A DNA stretch of 62,254 nucleotides, counting the filler, from Gemmatimonadota bacterium (GTDB taxonomy: Bacteria > 4572-55 > J002), in the NCBI GenBank assembly GCA_003697105.1. It is 4 parts of 4 records of this genome, joined end to end, with 100 filler letters (N's around TTAATTAATTAA, not from the genome) between each part and the next. Parts side by side here need not be neighbours in the genome. Positions count along the whole stretch, not along the records: positions 38,638 to 56,379 come from RFFQ01000155.1; 3 more parts are not named here. One strand, given 5' to 3'. The notes beneath the pieces were generated by a model. It ran no database searches, was not told the DNA's origin, and worked only from the letters and a program-made list of their open reading frames with translations. Positions within the stretch are counted from its first letter, which is position 1. Each line of letters starts with the position of its first letter. The translations under genes were made by a program, and so were the position numbers. Of the stretch, positions 40,291 to 50,221 are shown piece by piece.

Positions 40291-41168
40291 TGCCCCGTGA
40301 ATACTTTTACCGGATCGATGCAGAAGGGCGCTTATTTCACGATCAATCTCGCCTGACAGACCCCCAATTCCTAGATTTCTTTTTCCGGCGTTTACAACCA
40401 AACCTTACAGATAACTACCCGGATTATCCATTTATCTCTCTGTGCGGGCAAGAGCGTAATTTCGTGCAGTGCGAGGATACACCCATCGTATATCACACGT
40501 TAACACCAACGGGTTATCTGCGGTATGCTCAAAGTTTGCAAACCCCATTTCAACCGGAACAACTCTGTTTTTCGCTCCAAACGGATCAACTCTACCATCC
40601 TGCACCGGTGGGAGGCGTCGGGCGCTTAGCGGCAAACCTGACCCACCAGTTAAGCCCCCATCTCCAACCGTGGGGACCCTTTTACAGCTATACCGGTGGG
40701 ACCCAGATTCATGTGATCCCACCGCGTGAATTACCCAATCATCAGCAGATTTTACGACCGCGACCCGATAATGGCTGTTTTGCTTGCGGAGGCGCCAATC
40801 CCTCGCAACTTCGGCTCTCCTTTTTGCTGGATACACAAGCGCAAACGGCTCAAACGTGGCTCGTACCGGATGAACGCTTGCAAGGCGCACCCGGCTGGAT
40901 GCATGGTGGTATGATCTCGCTCCTGCTGGATGAAATCATGGCAAAAGTGCTTTCCGGGATAGGCATTCATGCCGTCACCGGTCGTTTGGAAGTTAAATTT
41001 CGGAAACCGGTACTACTCGGTAAATCGATTGAAGTTTGCGGGCAACTCGTAGAAACTATCGGACGAAAATATGCCCTCCGGGGCGATATATACCAATGGG
41101 AGGACAGCCAACGGGGTACACCTCTGGCAGAAGGGCATGGTTTGTTTGTGTGGATGGGGTACAAATGA
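40290..41168 (+). CDS. DUF4505 (C8orf82-like) domain fused to a PaaI/hotdog thioesterase
   Basis: N-terminal REYFY.ID..G.LF...DPQFLDFFFRRL.PN...PFISLCGQERNFVQCEDTPIV; C-terminal CFACGGANP, HGGMISLLLDEIM; TAATG coupling to rlmD. Confidence 0.8.
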   Translation: MPREYFYRIDAEGRLFHDQSRLTDPQFLDFFFRRLQPNLTDNYPDYPFISLCGQERNFVQCEDTPIVYHTLTPTGYLRYAQSLQTPFQPEQLCFSLQTDQLYHPAPVGGVGRLAANLTHQLSPHLQPWGPFYSYTGGTQIHVIPPRELPNHQQILRPRPDNGCFACGGANPSQLRLSFLLDTQAQTAQTWLVPDERLQGAPGWMHGGMISLLLDEIMAKVLSGIGIHAVTGRLEVKFRKPVLLGKSIEVCGQLVETIGRKYALRGDIYQWEDSQRGTPLAEGHGLFVWMGYK

Positions 41169-41390
41169 AAAATGGGGGAGGTAATTGCGGCGATACGGTG
41201 AAGTGCATTTTAAGGTATTTCATTTTCTGTTTGTGTAATTTGACGCTTGACAGTCCCACAGGATTGGCGTTAGATTTGACCCGATAAATGGAACTGTCCA
41301 ATAACCCCATTCTTACCGGTTTTTTGCCTTCATAAATGGCTCGAATGGGTTGGCACAACATCCCTACCATACCCAGCGAGAGATCACCTG

Positions 41391-41783
41391 ATGAAAGTTC
41401 TAGTTGTAGATGACGACACCGTCATCCGTAAAATGTTGAAAGTGCCGCTGGAGGCACGCTCTTATGACGTCACCCTCTGTAAAGATGGGCGGGAGGCACT
41501 AGAAGCGGTCAAAAACAATGACTTTGGGATCATTATCAGTGATATTATGATGCCTGACATGAATGGTTATGAATTGTGCAAGCAAATCCGGGCACTACCC
41601 CACGGAGATATGCCTGTGATTATTATGATGACCGCCAATAACGCTCCTAACGTACTCCACGAGGTGACCGCGGTGGGAGCAGATGATTTTATCGCCAAAC
41701 CCATTCGAGTAAAATTGCTCAACGTTCGCCTGAATGTGGCAGAACACATGTATAATTACCGCCTAGGCAAACCTTTTGAATGA
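41391..41783 (+). CDS. Single-domain response regulator
   Basis: VVDDD, ISDIMMPDMNG, MMTA, GADDFIAKP. Confidence 0.88.
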   Translation: MKVLVVDDDTVIRKMLKVPLEARSYDVTLCKDGREALEAVKNNDFGIIISDIMMPDMNGYELCKQIRALPHGDMPVIIMMTANNAPNVLHEVTAVGADDFIAKPIRVKLLNVRLNVAEHMYNYRLGKPFE

Positions 41784-41899
41784 CCTCACCTGACTCCCTA
41801 CTTTTGTTGCGCCCACCAACAGTGTAAAGAGAGGGGAGTCTCTGCTTTCCGCCATACACCCTTTTAACGAATCCCTATTTAAAAATCTAAGGAACAGAT

Positions 41900-43726
41900 A
41901 TGCGAAAAACGAATTTTAGAAATATTGCCATTATTGCCCACGTAGATCATGGCAAAACAACCCTTGTGGATGGTATGCTCAAGCAGAGTGGTACCTTCCG
42001 TGAAAATCAACAAGTCGAAGAACGCGTGATGGACTCCATGGATTTGGAGCGGGAACGCGGTATTACCATCATGGCAAAAAATACCGCAGTTTGGTACAAA
42101 AACATCAAAATTAACATCGTTGACACCCCGGGTCACGCTGATTTTGGTGGCGAAGTTGAGCGCAGTTTAAATCTGGTAGATGGGGCAATTCTGCTGGTGG
42201 ATGCCAGTGAAGGACCGTTGCCCCAAACCCGCTTTGTCGTGAAAAAAGCACTCGCAAAGGGGTTACCGATGGTGCTGGTGATCAACAAGATCGACCGTCA
42301 GGATGCCCGCATTGATGACGTTATCAACGAGGTTTATGATCTGTTTATTGATTTGGATGCCACCGAGGAACAAATCGAATTCCCGATATTATACACCAAT
42401 GCCCGTGACGGAATCGCCCACACCGATTTAAATGATGAATCCACAGACCTTCGCCCATTGTTTGAAACTATCCTGGATTACGTCCCGGGTCCCGAGGCAA
42501 AAGATTCCGCCAACCCTCAATTTTTAGTCACCAGCCTTGATTATGACAATTATGTGGGGCAAATTGCCATCGGGCGACTCAGTAGTGGCGTGCTCAAAAT
42601 GAATCAAGAATACACCCTTTGTGGCGAAGCGGAAAATCGGACGGTCAAATTCTCGGCGTTGTATTCGTTCGATGGACTTGGGCGGAAATCTGTCGCTCAA
42701 GTGGAAGCAGGCGATATTATCGCAGTTGCCGGAGTTGAAAATGTCCGCATCGGGGATACCATTTCCTCAATCGAGGCGCCCCAAGCCTTGCCCCGAATTT
42801 CTGTCGATGAGCCAACCGTCTCTATGATTTTTTATGTCAACAACAGTCCTTTTGCCGGGAAAGAAGGTAAGTATTTAACATCCCGCCACTTACGGGATCG
42901 GTTGGAAAAAGAGATGCTACGCAACGTCGCCTTACATGTCAAATTTATGGATCGGGCGGATGCCTTTGAGGTATGTGGACGGGGTGAACTCCAAATGGCA
43001 GTGTTGATCGAAACAATGCGCCGGGAAGGCTTCGAGTTAATGGTATCGAAACCACATGTGATCACGCGTGAAGTCGAGGGTAAAACACTCGAACCGGTGG
43101 AACATGTTTTTTTGGATGTCCCCGAAGAGTTCGTGGGAGTTGTAACCGAACAACTCTCCGTCCGAAAAGGGCGTATGATCAATCTAGCCAATCATGGGCA
43201 CGGGCGTGTTAATCTGGAATTTATCATTCCTTCGCGGGGTTTGATCGGCTATCGCAGCCATTTTTTGACGAGTACTAAAGGCGCCGGGGTCATGAACACA
43301 CTTTTTGAAGGTTACGAGCCGTGGGCGGGTCCCATCCCCCAACGGACTAGCGGTGCTTTGGTGGCGGATCGCAGTGGTAAAGTCACGGCATACGCCTGTC
43401 TGGCAATGGCAGATCGAGGCGAGTTGTTTGTGGAAGTCGGTACCGAAGTGTATGCCGGCATGATCGTGGGAGAACGCAACCGGAGCGGTGATCTGGATAT
43501 CAATATCACCCGTGAGAAAAAACTGACCAATATCCGTGCCGCCTCCGCAGATGCTACAGTGGTTTTGCGCCCGCCCCGTCCCCTTTCACTGGATCAGATG
43601 ATTGAATTCATTGCCGAAGATGAGGTTGTCGAAATAACCCCCCAAAACATCCGCGCCCGCAAAATGGAACTGGATGCGAACAAGCGGGCAAAAGCCGCCC
43701 GCGACGCTAAATTTAGTATGCAGTGA
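41900..43726 (+). CDS. typA: Translational GTPase TypA/BipA
   Basis: [61 protein letters not shown]. Confidence 0.97.
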   Translation: MRKTNFRNIAIIAHVDHGKTTLVDGMLKQSGTFRENQQVEERVMDSMDLERERGITIMAKNTAVWYKNIKINIVDTPGHADFGGEVERSLNLVDGAILLVDASEGPLPQTRFVVKKALAKGLPMVLVINKIDRQDARIDDVINEVYDLFIDLDATEEQIEFPILYTNARDGIAHTDLNDESTDLRPLFETILDYVPGPEAKDSANPQFLVTSLDYDNYVGQIAIGRLSSGVLKMNQEYTLCGEAENRTVKFSALYSFDGLGRKSVAQVEAGDIIAVAGVENVRIGDTISSIEAPQALPRISVDEPTVSMIFYVNNSPFAGKEGKYLTSRHLRDRLEKEMLRNVALHVKFMDRADAFEVCGRGELQMAVLIETMRREGFELMVSKPHVITREVEGKTLEPVEHVFLDVPEEFVGVVTEQLSVRKGRMINLANHGHGRVNLEFIIPSRGLIGYRSHFLTSTKGAGVMNTLFEGYEPWAGPIPQRTSGALVADRSGKVTAYACLAMADRGELFVEVGTEVYAGMIVGERNRSGDLDINITREKKLTNIRAASADATVVLRPPRPLSLDQMIEFIAEDEVVEITPQNIRARKMELDANKRAKAARDAKFSMQ

Positions 43727-43735
43727 GCAGTGTAC

Positions 43736-43815
43736 AAAACTCGTAAAACTCATTAAACTCGTAAAACTCATAAACTCCCAAACTCGTAAAACTCATTAAA
43801 CTCAAGAAACTCAAG
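43736..43815 (+). repeat. Tandem ~9-nt repeat (AAACTC core x9) ending in the RBS of the next gene
   Basis: aaaactcgt aaaactcat taaactcgt aaaactcat aaactccc aaactcgt aaaactcat taaactcaa gaaactcaa, then GGAGG. Confidence 0.85.
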
Positions 43816-43824
43816 GAGGGTACG

Positions 43825-45192
43825 GTGGAGGTTATTCAGCAACTTGTCGCCAGTATTGGCAGTTTTGTCTGGGGACCCGTTATGATTGTGTTCTTGGTGG
43901 GTACGGGGCTTTTTCTCAGCATTCGATTAAAATTCATCCAATTTCGGGGATTTCCACACGCGGTAGGTCTTATTTCGGGGCGTTATGATGATCCAGATGA
44001 CCACGGAGAAATTACGCACTTTCAGGCACTCAGTGCGGCCTTATCTGCCACTATTGGAACGGGCAACATTGCCGGAGTCGCAACGGCTATTGCTTTAGGG
44101 GGTCCGGGTGCGGTCTTTTGGATGTGGGTTACAGCGTTGGTGGGGATGGCAACCAAATTCACGTCCTGCTTGTTGAGCAACAAATATCGAGTGGTACATG
44201 AAGATGGTTCGGTGAGCGGGGGCCCGATGCATTACTTGGAGCAAGGTCTGGGTTTAAAATGGTTAGGGATGTTGTTTGCGCTATTCACGGTCATCGCCAG
44301 TTTCGGAATTGGCAATATGGTGCAAGCAAATTCTGTAGCGCAGCCCCTTTACGATATTTTAGGTATCAATAAATGGGTTACCGGTATTGTGATGGCTGTA
44401 TTGGTGGCTCTCGTTATTTTAGGTGGCATCAAGCGTATCGGCACGGTTGCCAGCAAGATCGTTCCCTTTATGTGTGTGGCATACGTGACCGGCGCTTTGA
44501 CAATCATCCTCAGTAATTTTTCTGAAATTCTACCCGCATTGCAACAAATCATTGTGGATGCGTTTCGCCCCACATCCGCTGCGGGTGGATTTGCCGGCGC
44601 AACGGTGCTGGAAACCATGCGTTACGGGGTGGCGCGGGGTGTATTTTCCAACGAATCGGGCTTGGGAAGTGCGCCCATTGCCCACGCCGCCGCTAAAACC
44701 AAAGAGCCGGTACGCGAAGGATTAGTCGCTTCAGTCGGACCATTCATCGATACCATTATTGTGTGTACCATGACAGCCCTCGTGATTGTCATGTCAGGGC
44801 TGTGGAATCATGTCGATGAATTGGGCAATCAACTCACGGGTGCCACCCTTAGTGCTCAAGCGTTTCAAGCGGGTCTGCCGGGTTTTGGTCAATATATTGT
44901 TAGTTTTGGGCTGGTCTTTTTCGCCTTTTCCACCATTTTAAGTTGGTCATACTATGGGGATCGCTGTGCGGAATACCTTTTGGGAGAGCGCGCCGTGATA
45001 GTCTATCGTTGGATTTGGGTCTTGCTCGTGCCGATTGGAGCAACAATTGAACTGAACTTTATCTGGAATTTATCGGATACCGCCAACGGCTTGATGGCAA
45101 TACCGAATCTAATCGCGTTGATCGGTCTTTCGGGGGTTGTCGCCCAAGAGGTGAAAGATTATTTTTCACGCGAACACATCCCCTATCACTAA
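43825..45192 (+). CDS. Sodium:alanine/glycine symporter (AGCS/AlsT family)
   Basis: FQAL..ALSATIGTGNIAGVATAI..GGPGAVFWMW, GGPMHY, RGVFSNESGLGSAPIAHA, FIDTIIVC, LMAIPNL. Confidence 0.94.
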   Translation: MEVIQQLVASIGSFVWGPVMIVFLVGTGLFLSIRLKFIQFRGFPHAVGLISGRYDDPDDHGEITHFQALSAALSATIGTGNIAGVATAIALGGPGAVFWMWVTALVGMATKFTSCLLSNKYRVVHEDGSVSGGPMHYLEQGLGLKWLGMLFALFTVIASFGIGNMVQANSVAQPLYDILGINKWVTGIVMAVLVALVILGGIKRIGTVASKIVPFMCVAYVTGALTIILSNFSEILPALQQIIVDAFRPTSAAGGFAGATVLETMRYGVARGVFSNESGLGSAPIAHAAAKTKEPVREGLVASVGPFIDTIIVCTMTALVIVMSGLWNHVDELGNQLTGATLSAQAFQAGLPGFGQYIVSFGLVFFAFSTILSWSYYGDRCAEYLLGERAVIVYRWIWVLLVPIGATIELNFIWNLSDTANGLMAIPNLIALIGLSGVVAQEVKDYFSREHIPYH

Positions 45193-45389
45193 TATCAGGT
45201 CTTATAGGTCACCATGAAACCGCAATCGCTTATGATCGAATTGCGGTTTTCTTTTTGCTGTGAAACCTTTATCCTCATCATTTGATGGTTTTTCTGACAA
45301 ATATCTTGACTTTTGGGGTCAGTTGTATCATAGTTAAAAAATTGCAAGCCCGTAGTTATTAATCTTACACACCTTAGGAGCAAAAACGA

Positions 45390-46769
45390 ATGTCTAAAAT
45401 GAATATTCTTTTAGTGGATGATGAAGATATTGTCCGGAATAGCTTAAGTATCCTGCTCTCTCGGATGAATTGTAATGTGATTGCGGCAAAAAATGCTGAG
45501 GAAGCGCTGACGGAATACCAGCAATACGAATTTGATCTGGTATTAACGGATTTCAAAATGCCGGAAATTGATGGTCTGGAGTTGTTGAAGAAAATTCGGG
45601 GAATCGATGATCAAGCGATTGTGGTCATGATGACGGCATACGGTAGTATTGAAAACGCCGTCGCCGCGATGCGTGCCGGCGCATTTGATTATCTGACCAA
45701 GCCATGCTCTGTCGGGCTAATGGAAGTAACGCTGGACAAAGTTCGCCGCTACAAAGATATGCGCGATCAAAACAAACACTATTTACAGCAACTTACCGAA
45801 CAATTTGGTTTCGGTAATATCATTGGTAAAAGCCGCAAAATGCAGGAAATTTATGGCTTGATTCAGACGGTTGCGGATACCAACTCTACAATTTTAATTA
45901 CCGGAGAAAGTGGCACAGGTAAAGAGCTAATTGCCAACGCGATCCATTACAACAGCCACCGAAAAAATAAGCCGTTCATTAAGTTACACTGTGCGGCACT
46001 TTCGGAAGGGGTGCTGGAAAGTGAGCTTTTCGGGCACGAAAAGGGGTCATTTACCGGCGCAATTCGGGATCGCAAAGGACGGTTTGAACTGGCAGATAAA
46101 GGCACGTTGTTTTTAGATGAGGTGGCGTCAATCCCGATGGCAACGCAAGTTAAGTTGTTACGCGTACTTCAGGAAGGTGAATTTGAGCGTGTCGGGGGGA
46201 TTGATACCAAAAAAGTGGACGTCCGGCTCATCGGTGCAACACACCGCGACCTTGCGGAAATGGTAGCCGAAGGCACTTTCCGAGAAGATTTGTACTACCG
46301 GCTTCATGTGATCGAAATCAAACTACCCCCCTTGAAAGAGCGTCAAGAGGACATCAGCATGCTCATCGAGCATTTTCTGGATCACTATTGTGAACAAAAT
46401 AATAAAGAAAGAAAAGTGTTTTCCGATGCCGCAATGAGCCTGTTGATTGATTATGAGTGGCCCGGCAACGTACGCCAATTGGAAAACGTGATCGAGCGCT
46501 CTGTCGTCCTCTCCCGAGATACCCGTACCATCACCACGGAATTTTTACCGGAAGAATTGAAACGGGTACAATCGAAAAATGAGATTTTTCGGGAAGACCG
46601 CACCCTCAAAGAGATGGTAGACCGCTATGAAAAAGAGATCATCCTCAATGTCCTGAATGAGCGCCATTGGAACCGCTCCGATGCCGCCCGGGTGATGGGT
46701 TTAAACCGGACAACCCTCTATGAGAAAATGCGCAAATACGGGATACAAATACCCGATCAAGCTCGCTAA
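45390..46769 (+). CDS. Sigma54-dependent response regulator (NtrC family)
   Basis: REC, GESGTGKE, ESELFGHEKGSFTGA, LFLDE, WPGNVRQL, C-terminal HTH. Confidence 0.94.
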   Translation: MSKMNILLVDDEDIVRNSLSILLSRMNCNVIAAKNAEEALTEYQQYEFDLVLTDFKMPEIDGLELLKKIRGIDDQAIVVMMTAYGSIENAVAAMRAGAFDYLTKPCSVGLMEVTLDKVRRYKDMRDQNKHYLQQLTEQFGFGNIIGKSRKMQEIYGLIQTVADTNSTILITGESGTGKELIANAIHYNSHRKNKPFIKLHCAALSEGVLESELFGHEKGSFTGAIRDRKGRFELADKGTLFLDEVASIPMATQVKLLRVLQEGEFERVGGIDTKKVDVRLIGATHRDLAEMVAEGTFREDLYYRLHVIEIKLPPLKERQEDISMLIEHFLDHYCEQNNKERKVFSDAAMSLLIDYEWPGNVRQLENVIERSVVLSRDTRTITTEFLPEELKRVQSKNEIFREDRTLKEMVDRYEKEIILNVLNERHWNRSDAARVMGLNRTTLYEKMRKYGIQIPDQAR

Positions 46770-46854
46770 CAAAAATCAGACGGTCATCATGTCCCAAACT
46801 AAACCGGACGACCCCGATCATCCACGCAGCGTCACAAGGGTCGTCCCCAAATGG

Positions 46855-47208
46855 TTAGGGTGCCGCCGCAGTCGCTACATTCGCATGGTAACCGGCTTTT
46901 TCCACAGCCGTAACCAGCTCCCGGGGAGTGACTTTTGCGGGCGCATACGTGATCACCGCCTGTTGGGATTCAAACGAAACCTTCGCCTCTACAACCCCCT
47001 CCGCTTCTACCAACGACTCCTGAATGTGCATTGCACACCCTCCACAACTCATCCCGTTGACCTCTAAAATCAACGTTTCGGTCGGCAGATTCGCCCTCTC
47101 AGGAGCGTGATCTAAATAGAAGTACACACCCGCTGCGCCGCCGGCAAGAATCAAAATTCCCAGCCCAATTATCACCAATTTAGCCATAAGTCCCTCACTT
47201 TTAGTCAC
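46855..47208 (-). CDS. Membrane-anchored heavy-metal-associated (HMA, MerP/CopZ-like) protein
   Basis: N-terminal TM helix, then LEVNGMSCGGC. Confidence 0.85.
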   Translation of the reverse strand: MTKSEGLMAKLVIIGLGILILAGGAAGVYFYLDHAPERANLPTETLILEVNGMSCGGCAMHIQESLVEAEGVVEAKVSFESQQAVITYAPAKVTPRELVTAVEKAGYHANVATAAAP

Positions 47209-47702
47209 GTTGAATCAGAAGACGAATTTTGTTCCGGTGATGGTAAGTAAAATCGGGTTTCATTTTTTTTGGTAGAAAGTACAAAAGTGGAATGAATTTT
47301 TTGGATGCCATTGATTTGTGTCAGTTTCGCAAGCAACAAATCTTCATAGGTCTGAATGTCTTTCACACAAACTTTCAGCAAAAAATCGGCATCTCCCGCC
47401 ACATGATAACATGCCATGACTTCACGAATATTCTCAACTTCGTGTAAAAACGCATCAATGGACGAATAGGCGTGTACACCCAAGGTGATGGAGACAAACA
47501 CCGTTACGGCGCGATTCACTTTTTCAGGGTCAAGCAACGCCACATACTTCTGGATAACGCCGTTGCGTTCCATTTTGCGGACACGTTCCAACACGGTGGT
47601 CGGTGCCAATCCTACTTCTGCGGCGAGTTGAGCATTCGTAATTCGCCCGTTTTCTTGTAAGATACTCAAAATCTGACGATCTGTATTATCCAGCTTGATC
47701 AT
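47205..47702 (-). CDS. Lrp/AsnC family transcriptional regulator
   Basis: LDNTDRQILSILQENGRITNAQLA..VGL.....ERVRKME..GVI; CYHVAGDADFLLKV. Confidence 0.93.
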   Translation of the reverse strand: MIKLDNTDRQILSILQENGRITNAQLAAEVGLAPTTVLERVRKMERNGVIQKYVALLDPEKVNRAVTVFVSITLGVHAYSSIDAFLHEVENIREVMACYHVAGDADFLLKVCVKDIQTYEDLLLAKLTQINGIQKIHSTFVLSTKKNETRFYLPSPEQNSSSDST

Positions 47703-47780
47703 ACCCGTTTCTCACCCAAATTTCCGGTAATGTGCGCACAAAATTAGGCGAGATGATAGGTTGTGTCAACAAAAAACCAC

Positions 47781-47810
47781 AAAAAAAACAGCGGATGCAT
47801 TTCCGCTGTT
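47781..47810 (-). terminator. Rho-independent terminator after the PKD lipoprotein gene
   Basis: AACAGCGGA/TCCGCTGTT stem plus poly-U on the minus strand. Confidence 0.7.
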
Positions 47811-47842
47811 AGGAGGGATAAATTCGGGTAAATTTCGCGCCG

Positions 47843-49000
47843 TTACTCCGTCAAATAAAAGCGCCCCCGGTACATTTCGCTGGTTACCGCCAGTTGAGAA
47901 TAAGTGTATAAATACCATTCCACATAAGTGGTAATATCCTCGTCTCGCGTACCAATGATCATCCAGCGATAGGTATGTCCCGGAGTGAGCAAATTCGGTG
48001 AATTTTCAAAGGGGTAATCATAGTAGGTTTGATTGATGGGAGCATGATCTTTCTCTGAGGGATAAGCATCGATCAACGTGCCATCGGTCTCATCAAAAAT
48101 GAGCATAACATAGCGATACCGTCCGGCAGAATCAGGAGCTTCCCAGTGAAAGCGGCGCGGAAAATCGGTTTGAAAGCTTAAGGTTTGATTTTCACGCCAG
48201 GGTATCCCCGCAGAACCCCCATCAAGCAGACGAATAGCATCCGCCAATTCAATGGTATCCACCCCTACCGTCTGATTTTCCACAGTAACGATTTCCGTGA
48301 AAGTACGAGATTGACCACTTAAAAACTGGAAACGTTTTTGACGCCACGAATAGCGGACATACTGCACCCGCTGGTCTGCGGCTTCTAATCCGGTCACAAT
48401 CATGTACGTCTGACCTACGGGGAGTTCCGTTTGCCCGAGGGTCTGCTGGAAAAAAATATCACCGTCTTGATCTGTCCAGCCGTGTGCTCCCAGCGTACCC
48501 ACGATTTCGGAAAGCTCCACTTGAGCGAATGTTTCTGGTGGAATGCCGCTCGCCGGATAATCGGTCAAGGCGAACACCTGCATCACATTTATCGTTTCCG
48601 GTAAAAGTACCGGCACATGAATCAGGTTCGGGTACAGGCTACTTACGGTAATTCGGAGATGTGCCCGGTGCGACAAACCAGCATCATCCTGCACATTTAA
48701 AGTCGAATGAAACGTACCGGTACGGGTAAATTTATAGGCTAAATCGCCGGTAGTAGTGGAAGTCCAATCAAAAATAAGGTCACCGTCAAAATCCCATGAA
48801 TAGCGGACGATTTCTCCATCCGGGTCCGTTGAGCCTGCGGTAGAAAACTGCACCCACAAGGGGATCAGCCCACTATCGGGGCTAGCAGTAGCGACTGCAA
48901 CCGGCGGTTGGGGGGTACTACCCTCATCCTTATCACACGCGGCGAGTACCAAAACAAGCACCCATAAACTGGGCAACCAAATGAGATACACCAATTTCAT
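47843..49000 (-). CDS. PKD-domain lipoprotein
   Basis: Lipobox LAAC; PKD motif S.DPDGEIV.YSWDFDGD. Confidence 0.8.
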   Translation of the reverse strand: MKLVYLIWLPSLWVLVLVLAACDKDEGSTPQPPVAVATASPDSGLIPLWVQFSTAGSTDPDGEIVRYSWDFDGDLIFDWTSTTTGDLAYKFTRTGTFHSTLNVQDDAGLSHRAHLRITVSSLYPNLIHVPVLLPETINVMQVFALTDYPASGIPPETFAQVELSEIVGTLGAHGWTDQDGDIFFQQTLGQTELPVGQTYMIVTGLEAADQRVQYVRYSWRQKRFQFLSGQSRTFTEIVTVENQTVGVDTIELADAIRLLDGGSAGIPWRENQTLSFQTDFPRRFHWEAPDSAGRYRYVMLIFDETDGTLIDAYPSEKDHAPINQTYYDYPFENSPNLLTPGHTYRWMIIGTRDEDITTYVEWYLYTYSQLAVTSEMYRGRFYLTE

Positions 49001-49194
49001 CAGAATACCTTTCGTAGAAAGGGATTAAAGACATTGATTTTTGCATCAAGACGGTAAATGCAAAAGCTAGACCTTAAATATTCCATAACCAAACCCCAAC
49101 AAGCATCATATAAATGCCAATCCACAACAAAAATCGGTTGACGCAAGACCACATTTCAAGTTACTTATGAGAAACCAAATCACAACCTTCTCAC

Positions 49195-50154
49195 ATGGGG
49201 GAAATCATTATGAAAACGAATCCAAAGCGCTATTTAGCGGAATATTTGAAGTCCGAACGCATCAAACGTGGGAATTTATCCACACCTAAATATTTAGAAA
49301 AGTACCCGGAAGTGCCCATCTCCAAAGGCTATTACAATGAATTGGAAAGCGGGCGGCAGATGATCAAATTTGATAATGCTGAAGCATTGTGTCAGGGGTT
49401 AAAACTGAATCGCGAGGAATTTTATTACTATTTGCTCAAAGATGTGTTGCCCGAAGATGTGTTTAACACGCTGATCCGAACCGTACCACAAAGCACCTTA
49501 GTGGAAGAACCTACCGCGATGGTCGATCAACTAAAAGATGAGATTTCTGATTTACTAAAAGCCTACGAGAAAGAAACCGAAAAAACCTTTTATACTAGCG
49601 GTGAAGATACGTTAGATTATCTGGATCGGGCACCAGTGGAAGAAACTTTTCCATTGCTGAATTTTGTCTATTCCAAAGATGAATGTACCATGCAAGAATT
49701 GATCGAAGTGGGGCAGAAATTTGGCATAAGTGAAGCACGGGTTTGTGAAATTTTGGACGATTTTGGCACCTATCACATTGCGCGGCAAATTCCACGCACG
49801 GACAAAATCACGCGCTACCGTAAAACACTCTATTTACCCCCCACTGAAAAAGGGGATCGGGTAAAAAAGAAGTATCTTAAATATGAATTCGACCGGGTCA
49901 CGTCATCGCCAGATCGCGCGGTTACCATTGGAGCAGGTAAGAATTTTATCAATGCTAAGTTTATTTGCATCAAAGATGAGCATTTGGTTTTAATTTACAA
50001 ACTCATTACCAAATTGATGGCAACTTTGGATGCTAAAGATACCATCCTCACGGAACGGGATATCCATCCCTACTTTTTTTCGATCATTTTTTCCTCTCGT
50101 GAAGAATACATGACGGCATCAGTGACCGAAGCTCATCCCACACATTCCCCCTAA
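49195..50154 (+). CDS. XRE-like HTH protein, TIGR02147/DUF4423-like architecture
   Basis: YL.....K.GNLS...ISKGYYNELESGRQ.....AEALCQGLKLNREE..YY HTH; central winged-helix-like segment; C-terminal ICI....L..I..LI....YFFSIIF. Confidence 0.6.
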   Translation: MGEIIMKTNPKRYLAEYLKSERIKRGNLSTPKYLEKYPEVPISKGYYNELESGRQMIKFDNAEALCQGLKLNREEFYYYLLKDVLPEDVFNTLIRTVPQSTLVEEPTAMVDQLKDEISDLLKAYEKETEKTFYTSGEDTLDYLDRAPVEETFPLLNFVYSKDECTMQELIEVGQKFGISEARVCEILDDFGTYHIARQIPRTDKITRYRKTLYLPPTEKGDRVKKKYLKYEFDRVTSSPDRAVTIGAGKNFINAKFICIKDEHLVLIYKLITKLMATLDAKDTILTERDIHPYFFSIIFSSREEYMTASVTEAHPTHSP

Positions 50155-50160
50155 ACCAGA

Positions 50161-50197
50161 AAAGCAGGTACGAATGTCAGTGGATCGTACCTGCTTT
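50161..50197. terminator. Bidirectional terminator between convergent genes
   Basis: AAAGCAGGTACGA/TCGTACCTGCTTT 13-bp stem. Confidence 0.75.
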
Positions 50198-50221
50198 CCG
50201 CCAACCGTCATAGGGTTCGGT

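Noticed and set aside
41351-41366. TGGCAC as a sigma54 -24 element
   Set aside because: No TTGC -12 element at the correct spacing.
46806-46846. GGACGACCC/GGGTCGTCC inverted repeat between convergent genes
   Set aside because: Probably an ordinary terminator-like hairpin; the loop is long and there is no U-tract, so it was not called.
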